Assembly (NCBI GenBank): GCA_002788675.1
Contig: PFRS01000004.1
Coordinates: 1 to 49,170, forward strand
Direction: 5' to 3'
Origin: Candidatus Pacebacteria bacterium CG_4_9_14_0_2_um_filter_40_15
GTDB lineage: Bacteria; Patescibacteriota; Microgenomatia; UBA1400; PJMF01
Length of the DNA stretch: 49,170 bases
Below are positions 1 to 7,805 of this stretch, one piece after another. A model generated the notes under the pieces. The model ran no database searches. It had not been told where the DNA came from and saw only the letters and a list, made by a program, of their open reading frames with translations. Position 1 is the stretch's first letter. Each line of letters starts with the position of its first letter. The translations under genes and the position numbers were made by a program.

Positions 1-133
1 CTACCGTACTTTCCATTTTTCGGGTAATCTGGATATTTTGTATCTGCTATTATTTTTTTTTGCTACTTACTACTATGCGCAAGGCATATTTTGCACCAGC
101 TCCTTTTTTTATAAAAAAGGGAGGGTTCAAAAG

Positions 134-162
134 AAAAAAGCCCCGTTGGTACGGGGCTTTTT
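134..162 (-). terminator. Intrinsic terminator downstream of rplT (probably bidirectional)
   Basis: AAAAAAGCCCCG-ttggta-CGGGGCTTTTT hairpin with A/T tracts on both sides. Confidence 0.8.
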
Positions 163-184
163 ATATTTACTTTTTTAGTTTTGG

Positions 185-538
185 TTACCCACGTACCTTA
201 GAGACTAAGCTTTTAAAGGCACTAAAGTCGGCGATAGCAAGTTCAGATAACATTTTACGGTTAAGCTGAATGTCTGCTTTCTTTAAAAGGTTCATGAAAC
301 GTGAATAGTTAAGTGTTTCGTCAGCTTCTTTTACAGCTGCACTGACACGTAAGATCCAAAGCTTGCGCATGTCTCTTTTACGAAGTTTGCGTCCGATGTA
401 GGCATATTGGCCTGCATGAAGGAGTGCTTCACTTGCTCTTTTGTAGAGTCTGTTATTAGTACCGCGGAAACCCTTAGTGAGTTTGAGTACTTTCTTATGT
501 CGTCTGTGGCGGGTTACGCCTGTTTTTACTCTTGGCAT
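185..538 (-). CDS. rplT: 50S ribosomal protein L20
   Basis: MPRVKTG..RHKKVLKLTKGFRG, RKRDMRKLWILR, LNRKMLSELA motifs; infC-rpmI-rplT order. Confidence 0.98.
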   Translation of the reverse strand: MPRVKTGVTRHRRHKKVLKLTKGFRGTNNRLYKRASEALLHAGQYAYIGRKLRKRDMRKLWILRVSAAVKEADETLNYSRFMNLLKKADIQLNRKMLSELAIADFSAFKSLVSKVRG

Positions 539-565
539 GATATATATTCCTCTTCTGTTCTATTG

Positions 566-781
566 TTATGCAATTCCAAGCATTCGCTTGATTTTCTTTG
601 CCCACTTTCCAGTGACTTCAACTGGCTTTCGGTAAGCTCTAATTGCTTTTTTACTTTTAATACGACGTCTGTGTCGCATGTTTTGTGAACGTCGAAGAAC
701 TTTACCGGTAGCGGTAATTTTGAAACGCTTGGCTACACCAGAGCGAGTCTTCTGTTTCATTTTTGTCTTCATTTTTTGCAT
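566..781 (-). CDS. rpmI: 50S ribosomal protein L35 (true start may be a downstream Met)
   Basis: KQKTRSGVAKRFKITATGKVLR motif; between infC and rplT. Confidence 0.95.
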   Translation of the reverse strand: MQKMKTKMKQKTRSGVAKRFKITATGKVLRRSQNMRHRRRIKSKKAIRAYRKPVEVTGKWAKKIKRMLGIA

Positions 782-795
782 GATTTGACCTCTCC

Positions 796-1335
796 TTATT
801 TTTTCGATGGCATAAGTTGCGCCATGAGCTTTTTGCCCAACATCTTTGGTTCGACCTCGACTGTAGCAATTTCTGATGTTTCAGAGATTACACGATCGAA
901 TATTTCATATCCAAATTCTTTTTTAGTAATTGCACGTCCTTTAAACATAAGTGAAAGTCGAACTTTGTCGCCTTTTTCAAGGAATTTCTTCACTTTATTT
1001 AAACGTGCCACCAGGTCGCCTTCTCCCATAAATGGTGAAAAGCGAACTTCTTTTAAGTCCTGAGACTTTGCTGTCTTACGGTTTTTTGCTTCTCGTTGCT
1101 GTTCTTGATACTTGTATTTAGCAAGATCAATAATTTTAACAATGGGCGGTTGAGCTTTTTCATTGACTAAGACTAAGTCTTTATCAACTTCGCGGGCTTT
1201 TTCTAAGGCTTCTGCCTTAGTCATGATGCCCAGCATCTCTCTTTGTTCTGTTAACACTCTTACCTCGGTTGCCCGAATGAATTCATTAACTGCAATTCGG
1301 TTTTTTCTCGAGTAATTTGATTTGTTGTTTTGCAC
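796..1335 (-). CDS. infC: Translation initiation factor IF-3
   Basis: NEFIRATEVRV, DLVLV..AQPPIVKI..KYKY, KEVRFSP, GDKVRLSLMFKGR motifs; exact start uncertain (GTG). Confidence 0.97.
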   Translation of the reverse strand: MQNNKSNYSRKNRIAVNEFIRATEVRVLTEQREMLGIMTKAEALEKAREVDKDLVLVNEKAQPPIVKIIDLAKYKYQEQQREAKNRKTAKSQDLKEVRFSPFMGEGDLVARLNKVKKFLEKGDKVRLSLMFKGRAITKKEFGYEIFDRVISETSEIATVEVEPKMLGKKLMAQLMPSKK

Positions 1336-1622
1336 TATTATGTGTATAACTTTCTGAAGCCTGTGTTCTAACAGACTCGTATTTTACCGTACCTCCACGA
1401 AAAAACCAAACGATCTTTTCGCGGAAGTTGGATTATAGCATCTTTCTTGAGGTAAGGGAAGTGTGTATCATGTTGCACATGACTCAAAAAAGCATCTCTC
1501 CTCATTTTTTAAATAAAAAGTTCCTAGCCATTGCAGAGTTTAAAAAGTATGTCCAGACTTTATATCCTTCTATGGTGTTCATTGAGAAGTACTCTTTCTG
1601 GCGATTTAACCTTAGCAGAATC

Positions 1623-1649
1623 AAAAACACCTCGCCTAAGCGAGGTGTT
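1623..1649 (-). terminator. Intrinsic terminator for the 1672-2073 gene
   Basis: AACACCTCGC-ctaa-GCGAGGTGTT hairpin with T tract on the minus strand. Confidence 0.75.
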
Positions 1650-1671
1650 CTAGTTTTAATTTTGGAGTTGG

Positions 1672-2073
1672 TTACTCTTCAACTTCAGTTTCAACTGTTT
1701 CAGAAACATCTTCTGCAACTTCAGTTGCTTTGATGTTTTTGATTACTAACATTTCGATAATAGTATCGAGTTTTTTAGTAAGAGTTGCAAATTGTTGTGA
1801 GTAATCAACTTGTGGTGCTTGAGGTCGACTTGGTCTGTCTGAAAAACTTCTCTTGCTAGAGAAATCTCGGCCACCGCCACGGTTGTTACCGCCGCCTTGA
1901 CTCTCGAAACAGTCACTACAAAATACTGGTTTGCCACTTGATGGCATGAAAGGAACTTTACAGTGACTTCCACATTTTGCACAAGTTGCGTCATGCATTT
2001 GTCTATCAGATGAGCCTCTTCGATCGAAATCTCTGCCACCTCTATTACCACCACCTCTGTTGTTGTCGTACAT
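1672..2073 (-). CDS. CxxC-x17-CxxC zinc-ribbon protein with Gly/Arg-rich flanks
   Basis: MHDATCAKCG..CKVPFMPSSGKPVFCSDCF motif. Confidence 0.85.
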   Translation of the reverse strand: MYDNNRGGGNRGGRDFDRRGSSDRQMHDATCAKCGSHCKVPFMPSSGKPVFCSDCFESQGGGNNRGGGRDFSSKRSFSDRPSRPQAPQVDYSQQFATLTKKLDTIIEMLVIKNIKATEVAEDVSETVETEVEE

Positions 2074-2212
2074 ATTCTTTTCTTGTGTAGCCCCCGGCTA
2101 CGTGCTTTGTATAAGGTGTAAGTATAGCATGAAATAGCTTATAAGTATATGAGGGGTGATGTTTTCAGGGTTTGAACAGTGGAAAAGGATTGAGTTATGC
2201 TACTTGTTTAGT

Positions 2213-2365
2213 TGAAGGCTCGGGAGGACTTCTCGCTCACTTCGTTCGCTGCGAGATGCTCGTGCTTGAGGAGGCTAACGCGATTTACTACTCGCATAAC
2301 GAACCATAGCCTCTCTCCTACCCCAATTCACACATAAAAAAACACCCTTTGGGTGTTTTCTCTGT
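2213..2365. repeat. tRNA-3'-end-associated structured mini-element including the original tRNA-Val terminator
   Basis: Degenerate tRNA-Val end TGAAGGCTCGGGAGGACT (2213-2230); hairpins TCTCGC/GCGAGA and GAGGCTA/TAGCCTC; terminator AAAACACCC-ttt-GGGTGTTTT. Confidence 0.55.
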
Positions 2366-2367
2366 GT

Positions 2368-2508
2368 GAACTAGGAGGAACAAAGCTTGAACTTTTTGCA
2401 TCATTGAAACAAGCGATTATTTTGCATTGGGAGTTGCGGGATCTCGATATGCAGATTTTTTCTGATGCAAAGGAATATAGTGGTTTCGTTGACTATTTTA
2501 AGTACTGA
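2368..2508 (+). other. Displaced 3' end of the recombinase gene (46 sense codons, in frame after att joining)
   Basis: GAA CTA GGA GGA ACA AAG CTT ... AAG TAC TGA, open in the frame set by the recombinase's GGT GAA CT at the core. Confidence 0.65.
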
Positions 2509-2605
2509 TACCTATAGAGATAGTGAAATCCTGTTTCCTTACAACTGAACAAATGCAACTTTTTAGCTTGGGAGACACTGTTCAATACTGGACAGCATTT
2601 TGCGC

Positions 2606-2637
2606 TTGAAATAGTTATACAAAATGTATATATTTCA
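2606..2637 (+). promoter_or_regulatory. Sigma70-type promoter of the retron-like operon, overlapped by an imperfect palindrome
   Basis: TTGAAA(2606)-17 nt-TATATT(2629); TGAAATAgtTATAC-aaaat-GTATATATTTCA. Confidence 0.55.
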
Positions 2638-2640
2638 GCT

Positions 2641-2950
2641 GTACCTTAATATTATTACTTTAAATCCCGTAGCGCTGTTCTCGATACAAGACACTCGTTT
2701 GTCTCAAACTCATTTCTCAAGTACAGAGAGATAAGACTTCAACCAAGCACTAATTATATTTGCTTTTTTTGCTTATTTGGTGACACTGATCTGTCAACAT
2801 GGTCTAGATCTATAGAGGCGACCACTTTGCGTGAGAACATATGGGCCGTGTTTATGACGTGTCACTCTACCTTTACTAAGGTAAGATCCAAAGAAAGGAA
2901 TACCCAATATGGCAGAAACACAAATAAATTCTTTTATTAAAGTAGTAGTA
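2641..2950 (+). ncRNA. Putative retron msr-msd-like structured RNA
   Basis: 14-bp long-range stem 2650-2663/2937-2950 (two G-U pairs); inner stem 2666-2682/2833-2845; several local hairpins; directly upstream of HTH-RT. Confidence 0.7.
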
Positions 2951-3073
2951 AGTGTGTCGCCCTTGAGGGTGTTACGAGATGCAGTATTTACTGTTTATCG
3001 TACGGATTTTCAGACTTATTTTCTGGATTTTCCGTTTATTAGAGTCGCTCAGACGCTAGTAAGCACCCTCTAA
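2909..3073 (+). CDS. 54-aa small protein, putative retron effector (absent from the ORF track)
   Basis: AAAGGAA Shine-Dalgarno, then ATG; MAETQINSFIKVVVSVSPLRVLRDAVFTVYRTDFQTYFLDFPFIRVAQTLVSTL; stops 35 nt before the HTH gene. Confidence 0.6.
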   Translation: MAETQINSFIKVVVSVSPLRVLRDAVFTVYRTDFQTYFLDFPFIRVAQTLVSTL

Positions 3074-3108
3074 CTCACTAATATCAGAAAAAATTTTATC
3101 TAAAAACT

Positions 3109-3432
3109 ATGTATTCACTTCCAAATTTTTTAAAAGCATTTCGTAAAGCAACAAACTCTTCTCAGGCTGAGTTTGCAAACTTTCTGAATGTTTCAACAGT
3201 TTTAATATCAATGATCGAGTCACAACAAAAACAAGCATCAAAGAAGTTCATTGAAAATCTAGCAAAAAAAATTGATGTGCATCCTGGAGCTCTTGCATTA
3301 TTTTATTATAATGATGAAGACAGAGAGAGATTAACAAAATTAGAGAAGGAACTTGTTAATATTGGCACAGAATTACAGAGGAAAATTATTTTAAAAAGAG
3401 CAAAAAGCATTAAAATTAATGAAAAAAAATAA
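3109..3432 (+). CDS. XRE/Cro-C1 family helix-turn-helix protein, RT-associated
   Basis: LKAFRK...SQAEFANFLNVSTVLISMIES HTH pattern; 14-nt overlap with the RT gene. Confidence 0.85.
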   Translation: MYSLPNFLKAFRKATNSSQAEFANFLNVSTVLISMIESQQKQASKKFIENLAKKIDVHPGALALFYYNDEDRERLTKLEKELVNIGTELQRKIILKRAKSIKINEKK

Positions 3433-4390
3433 CTACCCACAGTTTGGCATTCGTAGTAAAAATGAATTAGCTAAGCGTATTAGTTCAAAATCTTTACCAG
3501 CTAATGAGGCTCTTATTTTAATAAATGATGTACTTGAAAACCATGAGGGATACTGGAAGGACAGTAAAATGTCTGAACCTGAAAAGGGTAAATATGTCCG
3601 TTCATGTGTTGGAACTCCACTTCATAGATTACTGAACCTCATCGATAAGAGAATACTTAGACCTTATGACAAGTTAGCGCCCCACTTTATTTTTGGTGGA
3701 TTATCAAAAAAAAACCATATCCAAGCTGCTCATTATCTTATTGGTTCAAAAAAAAGAAGGTCTCTTATCAAACTTGACATAAAAAGATTCTATGAACAGA
3801 TCACACAAGAAAGAATTTTTTATTTTTTTTATAAAAAAGCAGGTTGCAGTGTTAGGGCATCTAGACTACTTGCATATATTTGTTGTGTTACCCAAGGTGC
3901 AAAAGGGAATCCCGGTGTTCAAAGGGTTTTAGCTCGCGGCTTTTCTACGTCTTCTCGCCTGGCTGTCTGGGCTAATCTTGATACTTTTTTGAAATTGAGA
4001 TGGAAATTGCAAGCTGAGCTTGGGAAAAATGATCCCAAAATTGCAGTGTATGTTGATGACATTGGGATTTCTGTGGCTGATGTGTCACAGACAAAATTAG
4101 AAGAGATTGCATTAATGATGGCTGAGATTCTCGAGTCATCTGATGCAAATCAACCTTTGCCTATTAATAACGAAAAATTAGATATTATGAGTTTTGAAAA
4201 GAATGCAGAGCACTTAGGTCTGAGGCTAGGGAGAAAAGCTATTTTTATGGGTAACAAGATTATGTCAAAGATTCGTAAGATTAAAAATGACTACCAAAGA
4301 GCTGAAAATAATACAAAATTTAAACTAATGAGTAAGAGAATTGCATATCGTCTATATCAGAAACAAATTGATAAACAAAATGAACAGTAG
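3419..4390 (+). CDS. Reverse transcriptase, divergent retron-like
   Basis: LDIKRFYEQI, LARGFSTSSRLA (PQG-equivalent), catalytic YVDD, INNEK, HLG; 323 aa with no maturase or nuclease domain. Confidence 0.9.
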   Translation: MKKNNYPQFGIRSKNELAKRISSKSLPANEALILINDVLENHEGYWKDSKMSEPEKGKYVRSCVGTPLHRLLNLIDKRILRPYDKLAPHFIFGGLSKKNHIQAAHYLIGSKKRRSLIKLDIKRFYEQITQERIFYFFYKKAGCSVRASRLLAYICCVTQGAKGNPGVQRVLARGFSTSSRLAVWANLDTFLKLRWKLQAELGKNDPKIAVYVDDIGISVADVSQTKLEEIALMMAEILESSDANQPLPINNEKLDIMSFEKNAEHLGLRLGRKAIFMGNKIMSKIRKIKNDYQRAENNTKFKLMSKRIAYRLYQKQIDKQNEQ

Positions 4391-4433
4391 ATATGTGAGT
4401 GACATGAACAAAATTTCAGAGATTATCGCCTTT

Positions 4434-4955
4434 TTATTTTTTGTCCAAGCTAAGTTTTTTCAACATTGCTTTATCAGCTTTTGCAGTAAGTCTTTTTTCA
4501 ATTGTCTCTGATTTTATTTCGTTTTCTCTATTTTCTTCAAAAACAGGTTGTAGATCTTCAAGATACTTCATACTGATTCTGTTAGAAAGAATGCTTTCTT
4601 GCGCATTTAACCATGCAGCATAGTCTTGTAGTACCATAGCTGTTTGTTTAATATCAAACTTGAATTTTTCTTGTAGGTGGATATTTAATCCAGATATTTT
4701 TTCTTGTTTTAAACCGACTTCGCTGATTTCTCCCACTCGCCTATTGTATTCCTTTTGCCCTCTCATTTTGATCATGATTTCGCTGCTCTTTTCGATATCA
4801 TCAAGAACATCAGCTAAAGATTCTTTAAACCGCTGTTCACTTCTAAAAACATAGTCGGTAATTTTTTCCATTGCTTTCTGAGGTTGTTCACTCGCCCAAT
4901 TTTGAAGCAAGCCGTATGCAATAAAAATTATTACTAAAACAACAACAATTTCCAT
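4434..4955 (-). CDS. Hypothetical protein with N-terminal membrane anchor and helical body
   Basis: 173-aa ORF with hydrophobic N-terminus. Confidence 0.75.
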   Translation of the reverse strand: MEIVVVLVIIFIAYGLLQNWASEQPQKAMEKITDYVFRSEQRFKESLADVLDDIEKSSEIMIKMRGQKEYNRRVGEISEVGLKQEKISGLNIHLQEKFKFDIKQTAMVLQDYAAWLNAQESILSNRISMKYLEDLQPVFEENRENEIKSETIEKRLTAKADKAMLKKLSLDKK

Positions 4956-5288
4956 AGAATCCCTTTTCTAATAGCTTCTTTGGATTATTTAGTAGCTATT
5001 CTATATTAGAACCAATTATACAGTAGTACTGTCTTATTACGATTTTGACTAAGAAGCAATAGAACTTTTTGACACACATGATGTACAACTCTGCTACTGT
5101 AAAGTGATATTCTTTACAGAAAACAACTTATAGTGTATGCTATAAATCTGTCCAGCACCCACTTATATCTCAACTTTGTTGTGATATGTCCAGGGTGCTT
5201 TTTTGTAGCATTTTTGCTGTTACATAGCAGGTGTAATGGAGATAAGGACTTGTATTATTAAAACTGCATTTAAATCTATAACAAGTGC

Positions 5289-6029
5289 ATGGAAGGAATT
5301 ATGAAAATATTTATAGATGAGTCAGGCGACCATAATCTTGACTCGACAAAGTTGGATAATAGCTACAATGTTTTCGTGCTGGGAGCAGTATGTTTTTCTG
5401 AAGATAACTATCAGTTACTTTGTGAGAGGCTTAATCAGATAAAGCAAGACCTATTTGGTGGCAAAGATTACATAATTCATACAGCTGAGATTGTTAGACC
5501 AAGCAATTCTACAGATCCACGAACACAATTATTCAATAATATAGATTTCAGAAATACATTTTATTCAACAATAGAGAATATTTTTGACGAAATCAATTTT
5601 GAAGTGATTGCTTGTTGTGTTAAGAAATCACAGCATCTTGAGAGATATGGAGCATATGCTAGTGACCCGTACATATTTGGTTTTGAAAACATCTTGAATA
5701 GAATAATGTGGAGGTCAAAAGGTGAAAAATGTGAGATATACCCTGAAAAAAGATCTCAAGCTGAAGATGGATTGCTTGAAATTAATTATTTAAAAGCAAA
5801 AATGTCGGGCACGAAGTTTTTTACTGGTAGTCAGGTATCCGCTAGAATTGAGACTTTTAAAACAATTGATAAAAAAGCTAATGAGTGTGGGTCACAGATT
5901 GCGGACCTAGTTGTAAGTCCGATTGGAAGACATTTTATGGGTATCAAACCTAGAAAACCGGGAAATGAACTTAAATATCAGACTGTTAAGCGAAAAATTC
6001 CAAATAGGTGTCTCACTGTGTTTCCGTAG
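5289..6029 (+). CDS. DUF3800-like protein (RNase H-like acidic motifs)
   Basis: N-terminal IFIDESGD, FVLGAV, C-terminal QIADLV. Confidence 0.85.
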   Translation: MEGIMKIFIDESGDHNLDSTKLDNSYNVFVLGAVCFSEDNYQLLCERLNQIKQDLFGGKDYIIHTAEIVRPSNSTDPRTQLFNNIDFRNTFYSTIENIFDEINFEVIACCVKKSQHLERYGAYASDPYIFGFENILNRIMWRSKGEKCEIYPEKRSQAEDGLLEINYLKAKMSGTKFFTGSQVSARIETFKTIDKKANECGSQIADLVVSPIGRHFMGIKPRKPGNELKYQTVKRKIPNRCLTVFP

Positions 6030-6030
6030 A

Positions 6031-6105
6031 AATAAAAAAAGAGCCCCCGCTCCGCAGTGACTCTTTATTACATGTATTCTATTATATTTTTATGCTTTGC
6101 GTCAA
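6031..6105 (-). ncRNA. Possible tiny antisense transcription unit convergent on the DUF3800-like gene
   Basis: Minus-strand TTGACG-18-TAGAAT followed by hairpin AAAGAGTC...GGCTCTTT and a T tract. Confidence 0.35.
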
Positions 6106-6181
6106 TATCAATATTTATTACTCAGAACGTGCGGTTTTATCGGGTATTTCTGTGGGACATTTAGTGCTGTTTTTATTTCGT

Positions 6182-6391
6182 TTAAAAACCCAAAAGTTTT
6201 GAAGCGGTACTATCCAAAGCTTTAGTGAGCTTTTTGATAGTTTTTATAGTAGAGTTGCTATTTCCAGACTCAATAAAACGAATTGTTCTCACATCTCGAT
6301 CAATTTGGTATGCCAGTTCCTCCTGAGAAAGCCCGAGCGCTTTTCTTCGCGTCCGAACATTTTCACCAAATACCTGAAATATACTTCCCAT
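6182..6391 (-). CDS. XRE-family HTH regulator (controller-protein-like)
   Basis: FGENVRTRRKALGLSQEELA...IESGNSN. Confidence 0.9.
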   Translation of the reverse strand: MGSIFQVFGENVRTRRKALGLSQEELAYQIDRDVRTIRFIESGNSNSTIKTIKKLTKALDSTASKLLGF

Positions 6392-6464
6392 ACAGCAAGA
6401 ATATGAGATAATGACTTGGAATGACAGGAAATATATTACCTATTCTTGCATATGTTAAATACAA

Positions 6465-7091
6465 ATGAAAACAAATAGACTAATTTTTCAACTACTTGGA
6501 TCAATAACTGAGTTTTTGTTAGATGATGAAACATGGAAATTGTTTGGTTACAAAAAAAGACCTAAGCGTGGAGCAATTTTTTCAAGACTATTTCCTAAAA
6601 AATATGAACTTGATAACTTTATATTCAGGCATTTTTTCATACTTGGAGTTATTGATGTACTAAATGGAATTAAAAAATCAAAACAGTCGGATTATAATAA
6701 GACGATTGTGATTCTAAACTTTTTTGAAGAAGTGGATGTGTTATCAAAGAACACTGATTGTTTGACTGACTTATTAAAAGACCTACCAACAGCATACGAC
6801 ATATACAAAGAATCAAATCCAAAGAATCTTTATGAGCCATATTTAAGTAAATCGGAAAACGTCCTTGGAAGTACAAATTCAGCAAGATTTCTGATTGGCA
6901 TATCAAAAATTCAGTTTGAACGAATGTTAATGGATATCAGTGCTAAAGACTTTTTCCTTTCTTCAGATCGTGTTGCTGAATTAATAAACACCCAAGACAT
7001 TGCAGCTGTTAAAGAAGATTTGACAGGCTTTTCAAAAGAAACATTAGAAGAGTATGGAAAATTCATATCAAAACTAATTTCCGAAATTTAG
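6465..7091 (+). CDS. Hypothetical protein
   Basis: 208-aa ORF divergent from the HTH gene; no recognised motif. Confidence 0.7.
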   Translation: MKTNRLIFQLLGSITEFLLDDETWKLFGYKKRPKRGAIFSRLFPKKYELDNFIFRHFFILGVIDVLNGIKKSKQSDYNKTIVILNFFEEVDVLSKNTDCLTDLLKDLPTAYDIYKESNPKNLYEPYLSKSENVLGSTNSARFLIGISKIQFERMLMDISAKDFFLSSDRVAELINTQDIAAVKEDLTGFSKETLEEYGKFISKLISEI

Positions 7092-7188
7092 CTCAATTTC
7101 TTGCGAACATCCAGAGTTTTCTTTAGAGTCATGTGTGCGGAGTATTTAGATAAGGCAGGATATCTGTTCAGAGCGTATAATATTTGAT

Positions 7189-7776
7189 ATGCCAGAGCTT
7201 TTTGTAGACAGCAACGATGAGAACGCAATTAAACAACCATTTGGAATTTGGATTGCTTCGCTAGTAGTATTTTTTATTTCAATTTTCTCATTAGCAAGCG
7301 AGCAGCTTGTGGTTTTCATATTTGGATTTTTACTCGTAGCTTCATTTGTTGTAGGAGTAATTGCATTTATTATTATGGTTGTGAGAGTAGTTAGAACTCT
7401 TTTAAAGAATGAATCTTTCAAGAGTGGGTTGGGTTCTGTTATTTCTTATGGAGCTTTTATTATTTTTGGACTTTTCCTCCTAAGAGGTTGTACTTCAAGT
7501 GGAAGTAGCAGCAGTGGCGGAGGAAGATATTATGATGATTACGATAGCTACGATTACTATGAAGAACCTGTAACTAGTGATAGCTGGGACTGTACAAGTG
7601 ACTGTTCTGGACACGAGGCAGGGTATGAATGGGCTGAGGACAAAGGAATCACAGATCCAGACGATTGTGGTGGCAATTCTGATTCATTTATTGAAGGCTG
7701 TGAAGCATATGCAAATGAATACAATATGGACAATTATGATGAAGAGTATTATGACGATTATGATTATTACTATTAG
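7189..7776 (+). CDS. Membrane protein with Cys-rich acidic C-terminal domain
   Basis: About 3 hydrophobic helices, then CTSDCSGHEAGYEWA...DC..SFIEGC and a Tyr/Asp-rich tail. Confidence 0.8.
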   Translation: MPELFVDSNDENAIKQPFGIWIASLVVFFISIFSLASEQLVVFIFGFLLVASFVVGVIAFIIMVVRVVRTLLKNESFKSGLGSVISYGAFIIFGLFLLRGCTSSGSSSSGGGRYYDDYDSYDYYEEPVTSDSWDCTSDCSGHEAGYEWAEDKGITDPDDCGGNSDSFIEGCEAYANEYNMDNYDEEYYDDYDYYY

Positions 7777-7805
7777 TGTGACAATAAGCGCTTATTTTTA
7801 GCCTG

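Noticed and set aside
1428-1733. 101-aa plus-strand ORF between infC and the CxxC gene
   Set aside because: Runs through a terminator and overlaps the convergent gene; no motif. A shorter real product cannot be excluded.
3419-4390. RT as group II intron, DGR, CRISPR-RT or DRT2
   Set aside because: No maturase domain or intron ends, no TR/VR repeat pair or avd gene, no cas1 or array. Size, motif spacing and the HTH partner fit retrons better. The small ORF has its own start and stop, unlike a DRT2 neo repeat.
7530-7776. Short GATTA/TATGA-type repeats as a possible CRISPR or tandem array
   Set aside because: Explained by Tyr/Asp low-complexity coding; no constant repeat-spacer period. No CRISPR array was seen anywhere in the window.
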